This document shows, piece by piece, positions 1 through 9,456 of a DNA stretch of 64,000 nucleotides. The number at the start of each line of letters is the position of its first letter. The stretch's first letter is position 1. The notes under the pieces are model-generated. The model saw nothing but the letters and a program-made list of their open reading frames with translations, had not been told where the DNA came from and made no database searches. The translations under genes and the position numbers were made by a program. This stretch comes from Acidobacteriota bacterium. Lineage in GTDB: Bacteria; Acidobacteriota; UBA890; WLXD01. The DNA lies in contig CAXWPL010000005.1 in NCBI GenBank assembly GCA_963666215.2, positions 480,001 through 544,000 on the forward strand, given 5' to 3'.

Positions 1-1780
1 CCAGAACACCGGCGCGTGTGGGCTTGCCGGTGCGCCCGAGCTCGAAGCCGGCCTGCGCCGCGCGTGCCTCCAGCGCCGCCGGTGCCCACCCGTTGGGCTG
101 CTGCCACATGAGGTCGCCAGTCTTCAGATCGATCGCGGTAATCCGACCCCAGGGAGGCCTCACGAGAGGCCAGCCCAACACTCGCGGTGCGCCGCCGCCG
201 CCCTCGGCGACGTAGCGGTGCTCCGAGTTCTCGGGATCGGTGGTCAAAGACAGCACACTCGGGCTCGTGGAAGATCCAACGTAGAGGTAGCCCGTGTCGG
301 GATCCACCGCGCCGGCCTCCCAGTTGGCGCCGCCGAGCGCGCCGGGCAACGACAGCGTGCCGCGTGTCCCGTCGGCGGCATCGGCCAGCGACGGCGGGGT
401 GAACAGCGGGCCCAAGCGGTATCGAGCGGCGACCTCCAGAGCGGCCGCACGCAGCTCCGGGGTGAAGTCGATGAGATCACTCTCCGCGAATCCCTGGCGC
501 TCGAACGGTGGAGGCCGCGACACGAACGGCTGCATGGGGGCGGTGTGCTCGCCCGGAACGTCTGAAGTCGGCACCGGGCGCTGCTCGATCGGCCAAACAG
601 GCTCGCCGGTCAAACGGTCGAACACGTACGCCCATCCCTGTTTCGTCAACTGAGCCACGAGCTGGCGTTGACGGGTTCCTCTGCGCCCATCTGCCGGCAG
701 GTCGACCAGAATCGGCGCCGTCGGCGGGTCGTAGTCCCAGATGTCGTGGTGGATCAGCTGGTAGTGCCACACGCGCTTGCCGGTGGCGACGTCGAGACAC
801 ACGAGGCTGCTCGAGAACAGATTGTCTCCGGGGCGATGGCCGCCGTAGTAGTCGTTGGTCGCCGCCTCGACAGGCAGATACAGCAACCCGTTCTCGACGT
901 CTGCCGACATCGGCGCCCACACCGCCACGTTGCCGGCGGTTTCGATCGAATCATCGAGCCAGGTCTCGTAGCCGTATTCCCCTGCTTCCGGGATCGTGTG
1001 GAACACCCACCGCAGCTCCCCGGTGCGGGCGTCGAACGCACGCACGTCGCCCTTGGTGTTGCTCAGTGCCGGTGGCCTCATACCGAGCCGCATGGCGGGG
1101 CCGACAATCACCAGGTCGCCCACCACGAGCGGCGGCGATGAAGAGCCGATGGTACCGATGGGCGGAACACCACCTCGGGTGCCGATCATCAGGTCGACGA
1201 CGCCCTCCTCGCCGAACTCGTCCACTGGCACGCCGCTGGCGGCGGCAATCGCAACGAGATGGAAGCCCGGGGTAACCAAGAAAATACGCTCGTCGTCATT
1301 GCCGTCGCTCCAGTAGCTGACGCCGCGGCCCGAGTTCGGGCGCGGCGCCTGGCTCCCGCGCTCACCCTCGTAGAGCCGGTACATCCACAGCGTCTCGCCT
1401 GTGGCCGCGTCGATGGCAACGACGCTCCGTGTGGCGCCGGCGGTGGTGTAGAGCACCCCACCCACCATCAACGGTGTGGTGGAGCTCCTGATCTCCGGCC
1501 ACGGCCCGAAGTTGTTGGCCCTCCACCGCCAGGCGATCTCGAGCCGGCCAACGTTGGACCGATCGATCTGATCGAGTGGCGAGTAGCGGCGTGCCCGAAG
1601 GTCACCGCCATAGGTGGGCCACTCGGTGTCCCGCACTTCTTCGTTGCCGCTTGGAGCTCCGGTCGCCGTCGTGCCGCCGTCCGCCTGCGGCCAAACGGGC
1701 GACACCAGCATCAGAACCGCTGCGACGAGTAGCGGCGAGAGCCACAATCGCACCGGGCGTAGGCGCACGAGCTTCGTCAA
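1..1780 (-). CDS. PQQ-dependent (quinoprotein glucose-type) dehydrogenase, 3' end runs off the window
   Basis: Not in the ORF track because the stop lies outside the window. Manual minus-strand translation gives a signal peptide then EWPTYGGD..RRYSPLDQI, HHDIWDYD, GGANW and PPWGRITAIDL motifs. Start is TTG 1780 or GTG 1768. Confidence 0.9.
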   Translation of the reverse strand, partial: MTKLVRLRPVRLWLSPLLVAAVLMLVSPVWPQADGGTTATGAPSGNEEVRDTEWPTYGGDLRARRYSPLDQIDRSNVGRLEIAWRWRANNFGPWPEIRSSTTPLMVGGVLYTTAGATRSVVAIDAATGETLWMYRLYEGERGSQAPRPNSGRGVSYWSDGNDDERIFLVTPGFHLVAIAAASGVPVDEFGEEGVVDLMIGTRGGVPPIGTIGSSSPPLVVGDLVIVGPAMRLGMRPPALSNTKGDVRAFDARTGELRWVFHTIPEAGEYGYETWLDDSIETAGNVAVWAPMSADVENGLLYLPVEAATNDYYGGHRPGDNLFSSSLVCLDVATGKRVWHYQLIHHDIWDYDPPTAPILVDLPADGRRGTRQRQLVAQLTKQGWAYVFDRLTGEPVWPIEQRPVPTSDVPGEHTAPMQPFVSRPPPFERQGFAESDLIDFTPELRAAALEVAARYRLGPLFTPPSLADAADGTRGTLSLPGALGGANWEAGAVDPDTGYLYVGSSTSPSVLSLTTDPENSEHRYVAEGGGGAPRVLGWPLVRPPWGRITAIDLKTGDLMWQQPNGWAPAALEARAAQAGFELGRTGKPTRAGVL

Positions 1781-1817
1781 CGAAGGATCCCTGGCTTGGC
1801 GCCGGCGCGAGCGTCCG

Positions 1818-2285
1818 TCAGTGCGATTCCGATTTCGCCGGGTCCTCGATGCGGATCATCTCGAGGCCGTTATCGGGCGTGATCTCACCCTCGCCGGCGG
1901 GAAACCCGCTGAGCGTGAGCAGATAGGCGACGAGGTCGGCATACAACGGCGGGCTGAGCTTCCCGGGGCTGTTCTCCGGCATCGCGGTGCGAATCTGGTC
2001 GAAGAGAGCGTCGAGCGTATCACCGCTCCAGGAACGGATGAAGAAAGGATCGGTGAATTGATCCAGCTGATGGCACTCCTCGCATTCCTTCACGAAGGTG
2101 CGCCGCCCGCGCTCGGCCTGCTCCTCGCTGAAAACGCCATCTCGCACCGACCTCAGCTCGTCGAGCTCCTGAGGGGCGGCGCGCACTTCGAGGCCCGGGA
2201 GCGCCACCAGGGCGATCGCCGCGGCGAGCACGACCACCGCCCCCACGATACCCCCGGGCGAGGGCGCCGGGTCAGGCAACGGCAC
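1818..2285 (-). CDS. Mono-heme class I cytochrome c, likely electron acceptor of the PQQ dehydrogenase
   Basis: Signal peptide, CEECH heme motif, distal Met in 'TAMP'; directly upstream of the PQQ dehydrogenase. Confidence 0.85.
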   Translation of the reverse strand: MPLPDPAPSPGGIVGAVVVLAAAIALVALPGLEVRAAPQELDELRSVRDGVFSEEQAERGRRTFVKECEECHQLDQFTDPFFIRSWSGDTLDALFDQIRTAMPENSPGKLSPPLYADLVAYLLTLSGFPAGEGEITPDNGLEMIRIEDPAKSESH

Positions 2286-3507
2286 TCACACCGAGCACCT
2301 CACCGAACGCCGCGGTGGCGCGCCGCATCTGGTCGATTGTGCCAATGGAGATGCGCGCGTAGCTGTTCTCGTACGGTGGAAAGTTACGTCCCACGAGAAT
2401 GCCATGCTCGCCACAGCCGGCTCGAAATGCAGCCGCGGTCATGCCGGTGTTCACGAAGATGAAGTTGGTCTGCGAGTCCGTGGCTTCGTGGCCGTGCGAA
2501 GCGAACCAGTCGAGCGTGTAGCGCTTCGCCTCGGTGTTGCGGTCGCGCTCCTCGGCAAGGCGCTCCTCGTCGCGCAGCGAAGCCGCGGCCGCCGCGAGCG
2601 CCAGAACGTTGACGCTCATGCCGTAGTGCCAGTTGCGCATGCGTCGCAACGTATCCGGCACGCCGATGGCGTAGCCGATACGCATGCCAGCCATGCCATG
2701 CGCTTTGGAGAACGTGCGCGAAACCACCACTCGGGGATTGTTGACCGCCAGCGGGATCTGGCTGGCGTACGACGAATCGGTCACGTAGTCGTGATAGGCC
2801 TCGTCGAGGAAGATCATCACGTCCGGATCGTTGCCGAGCACCGTTTCAACGAAACCGACAACGGCGTCGGCCGAGAGCAGCGCGGCGGTGGGGTTGTTGG
2901 GATTGCACAGAAACACCATGCCGGCACCCTTGGCCGCCTCGGCCATGCCGTCGAGATCGAACTGCATGTTGTCGGTCAAGGGCACACTGACGATCGGGTG
3001 TCCAACCAGGTCGGCGTATCCCGGGCACTCCTCATAGGACGGCGCCCCCATCACCAGGTGCTTGTCGGGCGCTGTGAAGACGTGGGTCGCCGTGCGCAGG
3101 AGCTGCGTCGAGCCGTTGCCGATCATCACGTGATCGGTGGCCACGCCGTTGACCTCCGCCGCGGCCTCGATCAGATCGCGGGCGCCCGCTGCGAACGGGT
3201 AGCGGCCTGCCGGCGCGCCCTCTCCGAGGGCCGCCCGCATGACATCGAGAGTCCGGCTTCCCGGGCCTAACGGGTTCTCGTTGTTGTGCAGCAGCAGCGG
3301 CGGCAGGGCCTCCTCCGACAGAGCAACGTTCTCGGAGCCGGCGCCACAGCCGTGCAGTCCGAGGGTGGCCGCCGCCGCTCCGCCGGCACCCAGGCCACGG
3401 AGTACCGCCCGGCGATTGAGTCCGGTTGTCAGGATCGAGGTCTCCATCTCAGTCTCCCTCGCCGCGGGCCGCGGGCGCTTTGTGGTGTCCACCTTGGCTC
3501 CGCTCAT
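2272..3507 (-). CDS. Tat-exported HisC-like PLP aminotransferase (copy 2)
   Basis: NENPLG, CNPNNPT, DEAY and SRTFSKAHGMAGMRIG motifs; N-terminal NRRAVL twin-arginine followed by LHGC (possible lipobox). Start 3507 overlaps the upstream stop (ATGA); 3447 is an alternative. Confidence 0.85.
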   Translation of the reverse strand: MSGAKVDTTKRPRPAARETEMETSILTTGLNRRAVLRGLGAGGAAAATLGLHGCGAGSENVALSEEALPPLLLHNNENPLGPGSRTLDVMRAALGEGAPAGRYPFAAGARDLIEAAAEVNGVATDHVMIGNGSTQLLRTATHVFTAPDKHLVMGAPSYEECPGYADLVGHPIVSVPLTDNMQFDLDGMAEAAKGAGMVFLCNPNNPTAALLSADAVVGFVETVLGNDPDVMIFLDEAYHDYVTDSSYASQIPLAVNNPRVVVSRTFSKAHGMAGMRIGYAIGVPDTLRRMRNWHYGMSVNVLALAAAAASLRDEERLAEERDRNTEAKRYTLDWFASHGHEATDSQTNFIFVNTGMTAAAFRAGCGEHGILVGRNFPPYENSYARISIGTIDQMRRATAAFGEVLGVSAVA

Positions 3508-4727
3508 CCCGCCGCCACCCGAGCATGCTCGACTCCGAGAACGCTCGCAAAAACGTCGGTAGCGCGATTCATCTCCTCGAGAGTGCCAATGGAGATGCGG
3601 GCGTGACTGGCCTCGAAGGGCGGGAAGTCGCGCCCTACCAGGACGTTGTGCTCCGCACAACCGTCACGGAACTCGGCCGCCGAACGTCCAATGTCGACGA
3701 AGATGAAGTTCGTCTGCGAATCGGACACCTGCATACCAGCGCGCTCGAAGAACTCGACGGTGTGTCGTTTTGCCTCGGTGTTGCGCTGGCGCTCGCGCTC
3801 CATGCGCACCTCGTCGCCCACAACCGCCATCGCCGCTGCCACGCCCATACCGTTGGTGTTGAACAGCAGGCTGTAGCGCCGCAGCTCTCTGATCGTGTCG
3901 ACGTGCCCGAACGCGTATCCCACACGCAGCCCGGCCATTCCGAATGCCTTCGAGAAGGTTCGCGAAACCACGACGTTGGGTGTCTCGATGGCGAGCCCGA
4001 TGGCACTTGTATGGTCGGGGTCTGTGACGTACTCGTGATAGGCCTCGTCGATGAGGATCACCGCCTCCGGCGATGCCTCATGCACGCGAGCGACGAAGGC
4101 GCTGATCGCCTCGGCGTTGTGGATCGTGCTCGTCGGATTGTTGGGATTGCAGACGAAGACCAGCCCGGAGCTCGGCGCGGCCGCCGCCATCGCTTCCAAA
4201 TCGAGCCGACCGTCGCTCGATACTCGAGGCGCCTCGACCCGCGCGCCGAGGTAGGCCGCGAAGCGCCGGGGGCTCTCGTAGGTCGGAGTTGCCGACACGA
4301 GATGGCGGGACTCCGACGTGAACGCCTGCACGCAGTTCTTGAGGATCTCGCCGGAGCCGGCGCCCAGCACGACGTTGCCCGGATCGACGTCATTGAGCTC
4401 GGCAATTCGGTCCCGCAGATCACCCATGCTCGGCTCAGCATTAGTCGGATACAGCCCGGCCTGGCCGAGCTGCTCATCGATAGCATCAACCGCTGCGCGT
4501 CCCGGGCCAAGCGGGTTCTCGTTACTGCTGATGCGGATCTCCCCCTCGGCCGCCGGCTGCACGAAGCCGGCCTCGAGCACGTGCGGCCAGGAAACCGCAA
4601 CGGCCTCTTCGCGTCCACGCGCGCCAATCCAAACGCCAGCACCGGCCGGGCGAGCCCGCGTGGTCGCAAGAGCTTCACTTCGTGATCGGGTCGATCCTGT
4701 AAAAAGAGCGCGGCGCGACAGCGACAT
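3504..4727 (-). CDS. Tat-exported HisC-like PLP aminotransferase (copy 1)
   Basis: MSLSRRALF Tat motif; SSNENPLG, CNPNNPT, DEAY, SRTFSKAFGMAGLRVG. Confidence 0.85.
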   Translation of the reverse strand: MSLSRRALFTGSTRSRSEALATTRARPAGAGVWIGARGREEAVAVSWPHVLEAGFVQPAAEGEIRISSNENPLGPGRAAVDAIDEQLGQAGLYPTNAEPSMGDLRDRIAELNDVDPGNVVLGAGSGEILKNCVQAFTSESRHLVSATPTYESPRRFAAYLGARVEAPRVSSDGRLDLEAMAAAAPSSGLVFVCNPNNPTSTIHNAEAISAFVARVHEASPEAVILIDEAYHEYVTDPDHTSAIGLAIETPNVVVSRTFSKAFGMAGLRVGYAFGHVDTIRELRRYSLLFNTNGMGVAAAMAVVGDEVRMERERQRNTEAKRHTVEFFERAGMQVSDSQTNFIFVDIGRSAAEFRDGCAEHNVLVGRDFPPFEASHARISIGTLEEMNRATDVFASVLGVEHARVAAG

Positions 4728-4963
4728 GCGTAATCCTCCTGGCTCGGGCGCGGCGCTCAGGCGGACAGCGCCTGCCGAGCCGACCATGGGTGTAGCTTGG
4801 TCTGATCAATCTTAGATTCCGCGCCCGGTGGCGGCGGCTCCGAGCTGCCGTGCGACGCTCCGAGCAACGGCTATTGTGGTCGGCTGGACCCGCGAATGTC
4901 AAAGGAACCGGCGGCGCTGCCGGAACGCCGTCGGGCCAAGAATCGGACGAAGGAGTCAACGGC

Positions 4964-5248
4964 ATGGAAACCTTCCTCGCGCTGCTCACCTTTACCGAAA
5001 AGGGAATCCGCAACATCAAGGACTCGCCTCACCGGGCGGATGTCTTCGCTCAAACAGCCGAAGCGGGGGGCGCCCGCGTGGTCCAGCAGTTCTGGACCAT
5101 GGGCCGCTACGACGGCCTGCTCATCATCGAGGCGCCCGACGACGCAACCGCCGGAGCCGTACTGCTCGAGCTTGCCGCGTCGGGCAACGTGCGCACCGAG
5201 ACTCTGCGTGCCTTCGAGTGGGCCGATTTCCAGTCGCTTGTGGACTGA
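4964..5248 (+). CDS. GYD domain-containing protein
   Basis: 94 aa with FTEKGIRNIKDSP..R and 'WTMGRYD' pattern; AGGAG upstream. Confidence 0.8.
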   Translation: METFLALLTFTEKGIRNIKDSPHRADVFAQTAEAGGARVVQQFWTMGRYDGLLIIEAPDDATAGAVLLELAASGNVRTETLRAFEWADFQSLVD

Positions 5249-5261
5249 CGGCTACCGACGG

Positions 5262-5867
5262 CTAGGGATACACGCGCTGAACCTCGGCGAGGATCTCGAC
5301 CAGCCGCGAGCTCGCGGGTCGCAGCCTGTAGTTGGTCTCAACATACAGATACCGAGCTGCGCCTGAGCGATCGAGAATCAGCACCGCCGGGTGCGGAATC
5401 ATACGGCCGCGAGAATCGGCGTCATTGAGCAGGCCGTAGGCCTTGATCGTCGTAGCGTCGGGGTCGAGCAGTATCGGGATGCCGAGTTCGGCCTCATCGC
5501 GATAGTCGCGTAGCTTTGTCGGATCATCGTTGGCGATCGCCCAGATCTCACCACCGAGCTCGTGAATCTCATCAACGTACTCTTGCAGCTCACCGAGCTG
5601 CTGGCGGCACGAGGGTCACCAAGTGCCTCGGAAGAAGAGCAACAGTAGCGGCTTGTCGCCGCGCGTCACCGACAGCTCGTAGCGCTCGTTGTCGATCGAG
5701 TTGAGCACGAAGTCCGGCGTCGGCTCGCCGATCTCGATGGCTGTCAGGTGGGCCGCGCCAGGCGTCATGTCAGGTGCTGGCCGCCCACCCTGTTCCTGAG
5801 CGGCCAGAGGCGCCTGCCAAGCAAGCGCCAGAGCAACGGCGGCAGTGAAGATGCTCTGAGTGGACAT
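5262..5867 (-). CDS. Peroxiredoxin-like (AhpC/TSA, thioredoxin fold) selenoprotein with UxxC motif
   Basis: The track ORF stops at TGA 5616-5618, but the frame continues FFRGTW-(UGA)-PSCRQQLGEL...ILLDPD...AYGL...HPAVLILD...YRLRP to TAG 5262-5264 (202 codons). SECIS-like hairpin follows the UGA. Confidence 0.88.
5585..5601 (-). promoter_or_regulatory. Putative bacterial SECIS hairpin
   Basis: GCAGCTC-GGT-GAGCTGC perfect 7-bp stem; the G-starting loop begins 22 nt after the UGA. Confidence 0.7.
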
Positions 5868-5991
5868 TGGCCAATTCCTCGATTCGTGGCGTTCACGGGC
5901 GCGATGAGTCAGGCGATCGGCGGTTCACGATGGTCGCAGAAGCACCGCCCGAGTTCAACCCGGTGCCGTCTGCAGCGTCAGCTGGTACCGT

Positions 5992-6546
5992 ATGCGGATG
6001 ATCCAGCGCCAGAGTCGAGCCCACACATGGGTGGTGCTTGCGAGCGTCGCCGCCGTGGCCGCGATTGCCTTCGTTGGCGCTGTTGACACCACGCTCGCCG
6101 CCGCCACCAACGAGATCGACGCTGAGCTCGAAGCGTCGTACAACCGGCTCATGGGCGACCTCATGAGCCCGTACTGCCCTGGGCGAACGATCAAGAACTG
6201 TCCCTCGTATCAGGCCACACTGCTGAGAGAGCGCATTCGGGAGTCGTTGGAGTCGGGGCAAACCGAAGAGGCGGTGCTCGCCGCGCTGCTCGACGAGTTT
6301 GGCGACGGCATGCTCGGTCGCCCACGCTTTTCCGGATTCGGTCTCGTCGCCTGGCTGACGCCGCTGGTGGTGCTCGTGGGCGGTGGCTGGGGAGTCACTG
6401 CATTCCTGCGCCGCCAATCCTCCAGGGCAGCGGCGGCGCCTGAGACCGAGTTCACCCCGCCGGACGAAGAAGGCCAACGGCTGGAAGCGATTCTCGAAAC
6501 CGAGTTGGCTGCTCTGGATCCGAAGCTTGGCATCCTCAACCCATAG
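5992..6546 (+). CDS. ccmH: CcmH/CcmL-like cytochrome c biogenesis protein
   Basis: Signal peptide, SPYCPG..IKNCPS, 'LRERIRE.L..GQTEE.V..L..EFG..ML..P...GFGL.AW.TP', C-terminal TM helix. Confidence 0.7.
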   Translation: MRMIQRQSRAHTWVVLASVAAVAAIAFVGAVDTTLAAATNEIDAELEASYNRLMGDLMSPYCPGRTIKNCPSYQATLLRERIRESLESGQTEEAVLAALLDEFGDGMLGRPRFSGFGLVAWLTPLVVLVGGGWGVTAFLRRQSSRAAAAPETEFTPPDEEGQRLEAILETELAALDPKLGILNP

Positions 6547-6835
6547 CGGGCTGTAACCGTAGCCCTGGCTCACAACCCATACTCCCCAGCCCGCAAGCCC
6601 GTAGCCCGTAGCCCGATTCTCGGCCGTCTCAACGACCCCAGCGCGGTTCGGTTCGATCCGCCGAGTGCTCGCGGATCTGTCCGTGCGGCGGCAAAAATAG
6701 AGCCGACGAGGGCTATACCCTTACGGTTGACCTTTGGGCAGCTCCGCCGAGCCCATAGGCGCGGCCGACATTGATATTCCAAAGCCTCGGCGACACCCGT
6801 ACCGCCCCAAACCGCGCGCCAGCGTAGAGATCCAG

Positions 6836-8086
6836 ATGACCACACCGCACCGCGTCGTCATTACCGGGCTGGGCGCCATCACGCCGCTCGGCCACAGCCC
6901 GTCTTCCTTCTGGGAGGGGCTCATCGCCGGGCGCAGCGCCGCCGCACCAACCACCAACTTCGACGTTTCCCAGCTGTCGACGAAGTTCGGCTGCCAGATC
7001 AACGATTTCGACGCTAAGCAGTACATGGACGCCAAACAGGCGCGTCGACTCGACCCTTTCACGCGCTTCGCGCTCGCCGCTGCCAAGGACGCGTTTGACG
7101 ACGCCGGAATCGATACCGCCACGCTCACCGAGGAGCAGCGCCAGCGCTTCGGCGTGATCTACGGCTCCGGGATCGGCGGCTTAGAGCTCATCGAAAGACA
7201 GGCCAAGATCTTCCACGACCGTGGCCCGGGCCGGGTTTCTCCGTTCCTGATCCCGATGATGATCACCAACATCGCGGCGGGGCTGATCGCGGTCGAGCAC
7301 GGGCTCAACGGACCCAACCACTGTGTGGTTTCGGCTTGCGCCACCAGCAACCACAACATCGGCGATGCCCTGCTGCTGCTGCGACATGGTTATGCCGACG
7401 CCATCCTCGCGGGTGGCGCCGAGAAGATCACCGCAATGGGCGTGGCCGGCTTCGCGGCCATGAAAGCTCTTTCGCAGCGCAACGACGATCCCGCCACCGC
7501 AAGCCGTCCGTTCGACGCCACGCGCGACGGCTTCGTGCCGGGTGAAGGTGCCGGAGCTCTCACGCTCGAGACGTTGGAGCACGCGCAGGCGCGCGGCGCT
7601 AAGATCTACTGCGAGCTCGCCGGCATCGGCATGTCGGCCGACGCCTACCATTTCGCGGCTCCCGACCCGAACGGCACGGGCGCCATTCTAGCGATGCGCA
7701 ACGCCCTGCAGGACGCCGGTATCAACGCCGACGAGGTCGACTACACCAACGTGCACGGCACGGCGACGCCGCTCGGCGACATCGCCGAGACCAACGCCAT
7801 TAAGAAGGTCTTCGGCGATCACGCCTACAAGATGAGCCTGTCGTCGACCAAGAGCATGATCGGCCACCTGTTGGGGGCCGCAGGCGCCGCCGAGGCGATC
7901 GCCTCGATCATGGCGATCAACCACGGCCTGGTACCACCGACGATCAACCTGCACGAGCCCGACCCGGAGTGCGACCTCGACTACACGCCGAACGTCGCCA
8001 AGGAACGCGACGTGAGGGTCGCAATCTCCAACGCCTTCGGGTTTGGCGGCCACAACACGACGATCGTCCTGCGACGCTTCACCTAG
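6836..8086 (+). CDS. fabF: 3-oxoacyl-ACP synthase II
   Basis: RVVITGLGAITPLG, SACATS catalytic Cys, SRPFD..RDGFV.GEGAG, HGTAT, GHLLGAAG, SNAFGFGGHN. Confidence 0.95.
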   Translation: MTTPHRVVITGLGAITPLGHSPSSFWEGLIAGRSAAAPTTNFDVSQLSTKFGCQINDFDAKQYMDAKQARRLDPFTRFALAAAKDAFDDAGIDTATLTEEQRQRFGVIYGSGIGGLELIERQAKIFHDRGPGRVSPFLIPMMITNIAAGLIAVEHGLNGPNHCVVSACATSNHNIGDALLLLRHGYADAILAGGAEKITAMGVAGFAAMKALSQRNDDPATASRPFDATRDGFVPGEGAGALTLETLEHAQARGAKIYCELAGIGMSADAYHFAAPDPNGTGAILAMRNALQDAGINADEVDYTNVHGTATPLGDIAETNAIKKVFGDHAYKMSLSSTKSMIGHLLGAAGAAEAIASIMAINHGLVPPTINLHEPDPECDLDYTPNVAKERDVRVAISNAFGFGGHNTTIVLRRFT

Positions 8087-8170
8087 AGCGGTCCGCGAAT
8101 TCTTCGGTCGCGGCACACACGGGGCAGTTTCCAGCTCTCTGGGTCGTCGCGCACTTCGGACTCGTTCCAA

Positions 8171-9301
8171 CTAGTGGTGGTGGCCCTCGCCCATGCCTTC
8201 CGTTGACGGCTCGCTCGGTTGAGCCTGACCGGGTGGAACGGCGCCCGGCGGTGGTGGGTAGGTCAACTGGCGATCGCCCGCCGGGCGGTGATACAGGTAC
8301 ATCACCGCCATCGCGTCAACCGGCTCGTCGCTGGTGTTGTCGTAAACCGACTCGATCTCGTACTCGTGATCGGGATACATGGTGAATCCATCGGCGCTCG
8401 AGTAAACCGGGATCTCGAGAATCTGCGGGCGATCGGCATCGCGCTTGACCGATGTCTCCCACAGAACGGTGCCGTCGGTGACGTCGGTCAGCTTCATCGA
8501 CGTCCCGTGGTTGTGCATGTGAACCACGCCATAGTGCACCTGGGTGACGCCGGGCAAGAAACCGCGGTGACGCTGTCGCACGATCTGGCGGCCCGAAGGC
8601 ACCATCCAGTGACCGACCTTGCCCTTGGCCGTTTCCGGCAGGCTGGAAGGCCAGAGCGAATCACCGTCGCCCTCCAGAACTTCCACCGTGTCGTCCGGGA
8701 GTACCGTCACGCTCGCTCTGTACAACGACTCGACGCTCGCGGCCGCTTCCGCGCTCGCAGCGCCGGCGCCAACGTAGTCAACAACGAACCGCAGCTTGAC
8801 CTCGCGGTCGAGCTCTTCTTCGTAGTTGTTGAGCACCATCCCGAGCATCGACACCCCGCGCCACGGCTCGTCGAGATCGCCCAGAATCTGAGCCAATGGA
8901 ATTCCGAAGCCGGCTGGTAGACGGAGCTCCGGGATGCCGGTTGCGGCCACCATCAGGCGCGCGCCCGTGTCGAGCTGGATCTGGCTGTGGCAGAAGTACT
9001 CGTCGCCCAGCGGTGCGTCGGTGGCTGCATCGAGCACCTCGGTGCGGAATCCTGTAATCCAACCGATGCCAGCCGTGTCGAGCGCGACACGCTGGTGCAC
9101 ACCTTCCATAGAGTGGTAGATCCCGTCGATACGCAGCGGACCGACATCGACAACGCGGCTATGGGTTGCGGCCACCACCGCCGCCGCTGGTACTCCGGGC
9201 GCCGATGGCGCACAACTCGTCGACGCCGTGCAAGTGCTCGCCAGCACGCATAGACCGACCTTGACTCTGCTACCCACCCCATCCTTCATCCAGTCCTCCA
9301 T
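8171..9301 (-). CDS. Exported protein resembling copper type II (PHM/DBH-like) monooxygenase
   Basis: HMHNHG (HxH) and YDNT...DAMAVM in the C-terminal domain, YFCHSQ in the N-terminal domain, His-rich tail. Recognised by motif only. Confidence 0.55.
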   Translation of the reverse strand: MEDWMKDGVGSRVKVGLCVLASTCTASTSCAPSAPGVPAAAVVAATHSRVVDVGPLRIDGIYHSMEGVHQRVALDTAGIGWITGFRTEVLDAATDAPLGDEYFCHSQIQLDTGARLMVAATGIPELRLPAGFGIPLAQILGDLDEPWRGVSMLGMVLNNYEEELDREVKLRFVVDYVGAGAASAEAAASVESLYRASVTVLPDDTVEVLEGDGDSLWPSSLPETAKGKVGHWMVPSGRQIVRQRHRGFLPGVTQVHYGVVHMHNHGTSMKLTDVTDGTVLWETSVKRDADRPQILEIPVYSSADGFTMYPDHEYEIESVYDNTSDEPVDAMAVMYLYHRPAGDRQLTYPPPPGAVPPGQAQPSEPSTEGMGEGHHH

Positions 9302-9372
9302 CTCTTCGGTGTGTTCCGCCTTAGCGACAGCGTGCTCAGCAATCCTTGGAATCCTAACAATATCTCTTCGTA

Positions 9373-9389
9373 ATCAAAACTATTTTGAT
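9373..9389. promoter_or_regulatory. Inverted repeat in AT-rich divergent promoter region (candidate operator)
   Basis: ATCAAAA-CTA-TTTTGAT perfect 7-3-7 palindrome between divergent genes. Confidence 0.5.
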
Positions 9390-9456
9390 ATAACTATAAC
9401 TGTCTTTTAATAACCTTCAGGGACCAACACAGGACAACAAGGGCAACGTACGCACC

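Noticed and set aside
6836-8086. fabF as part of a polyketide cluster
   Set aside because: No ACP, chain-length factor or tailoring genes adjacent; the motifs are ordinary FabF.
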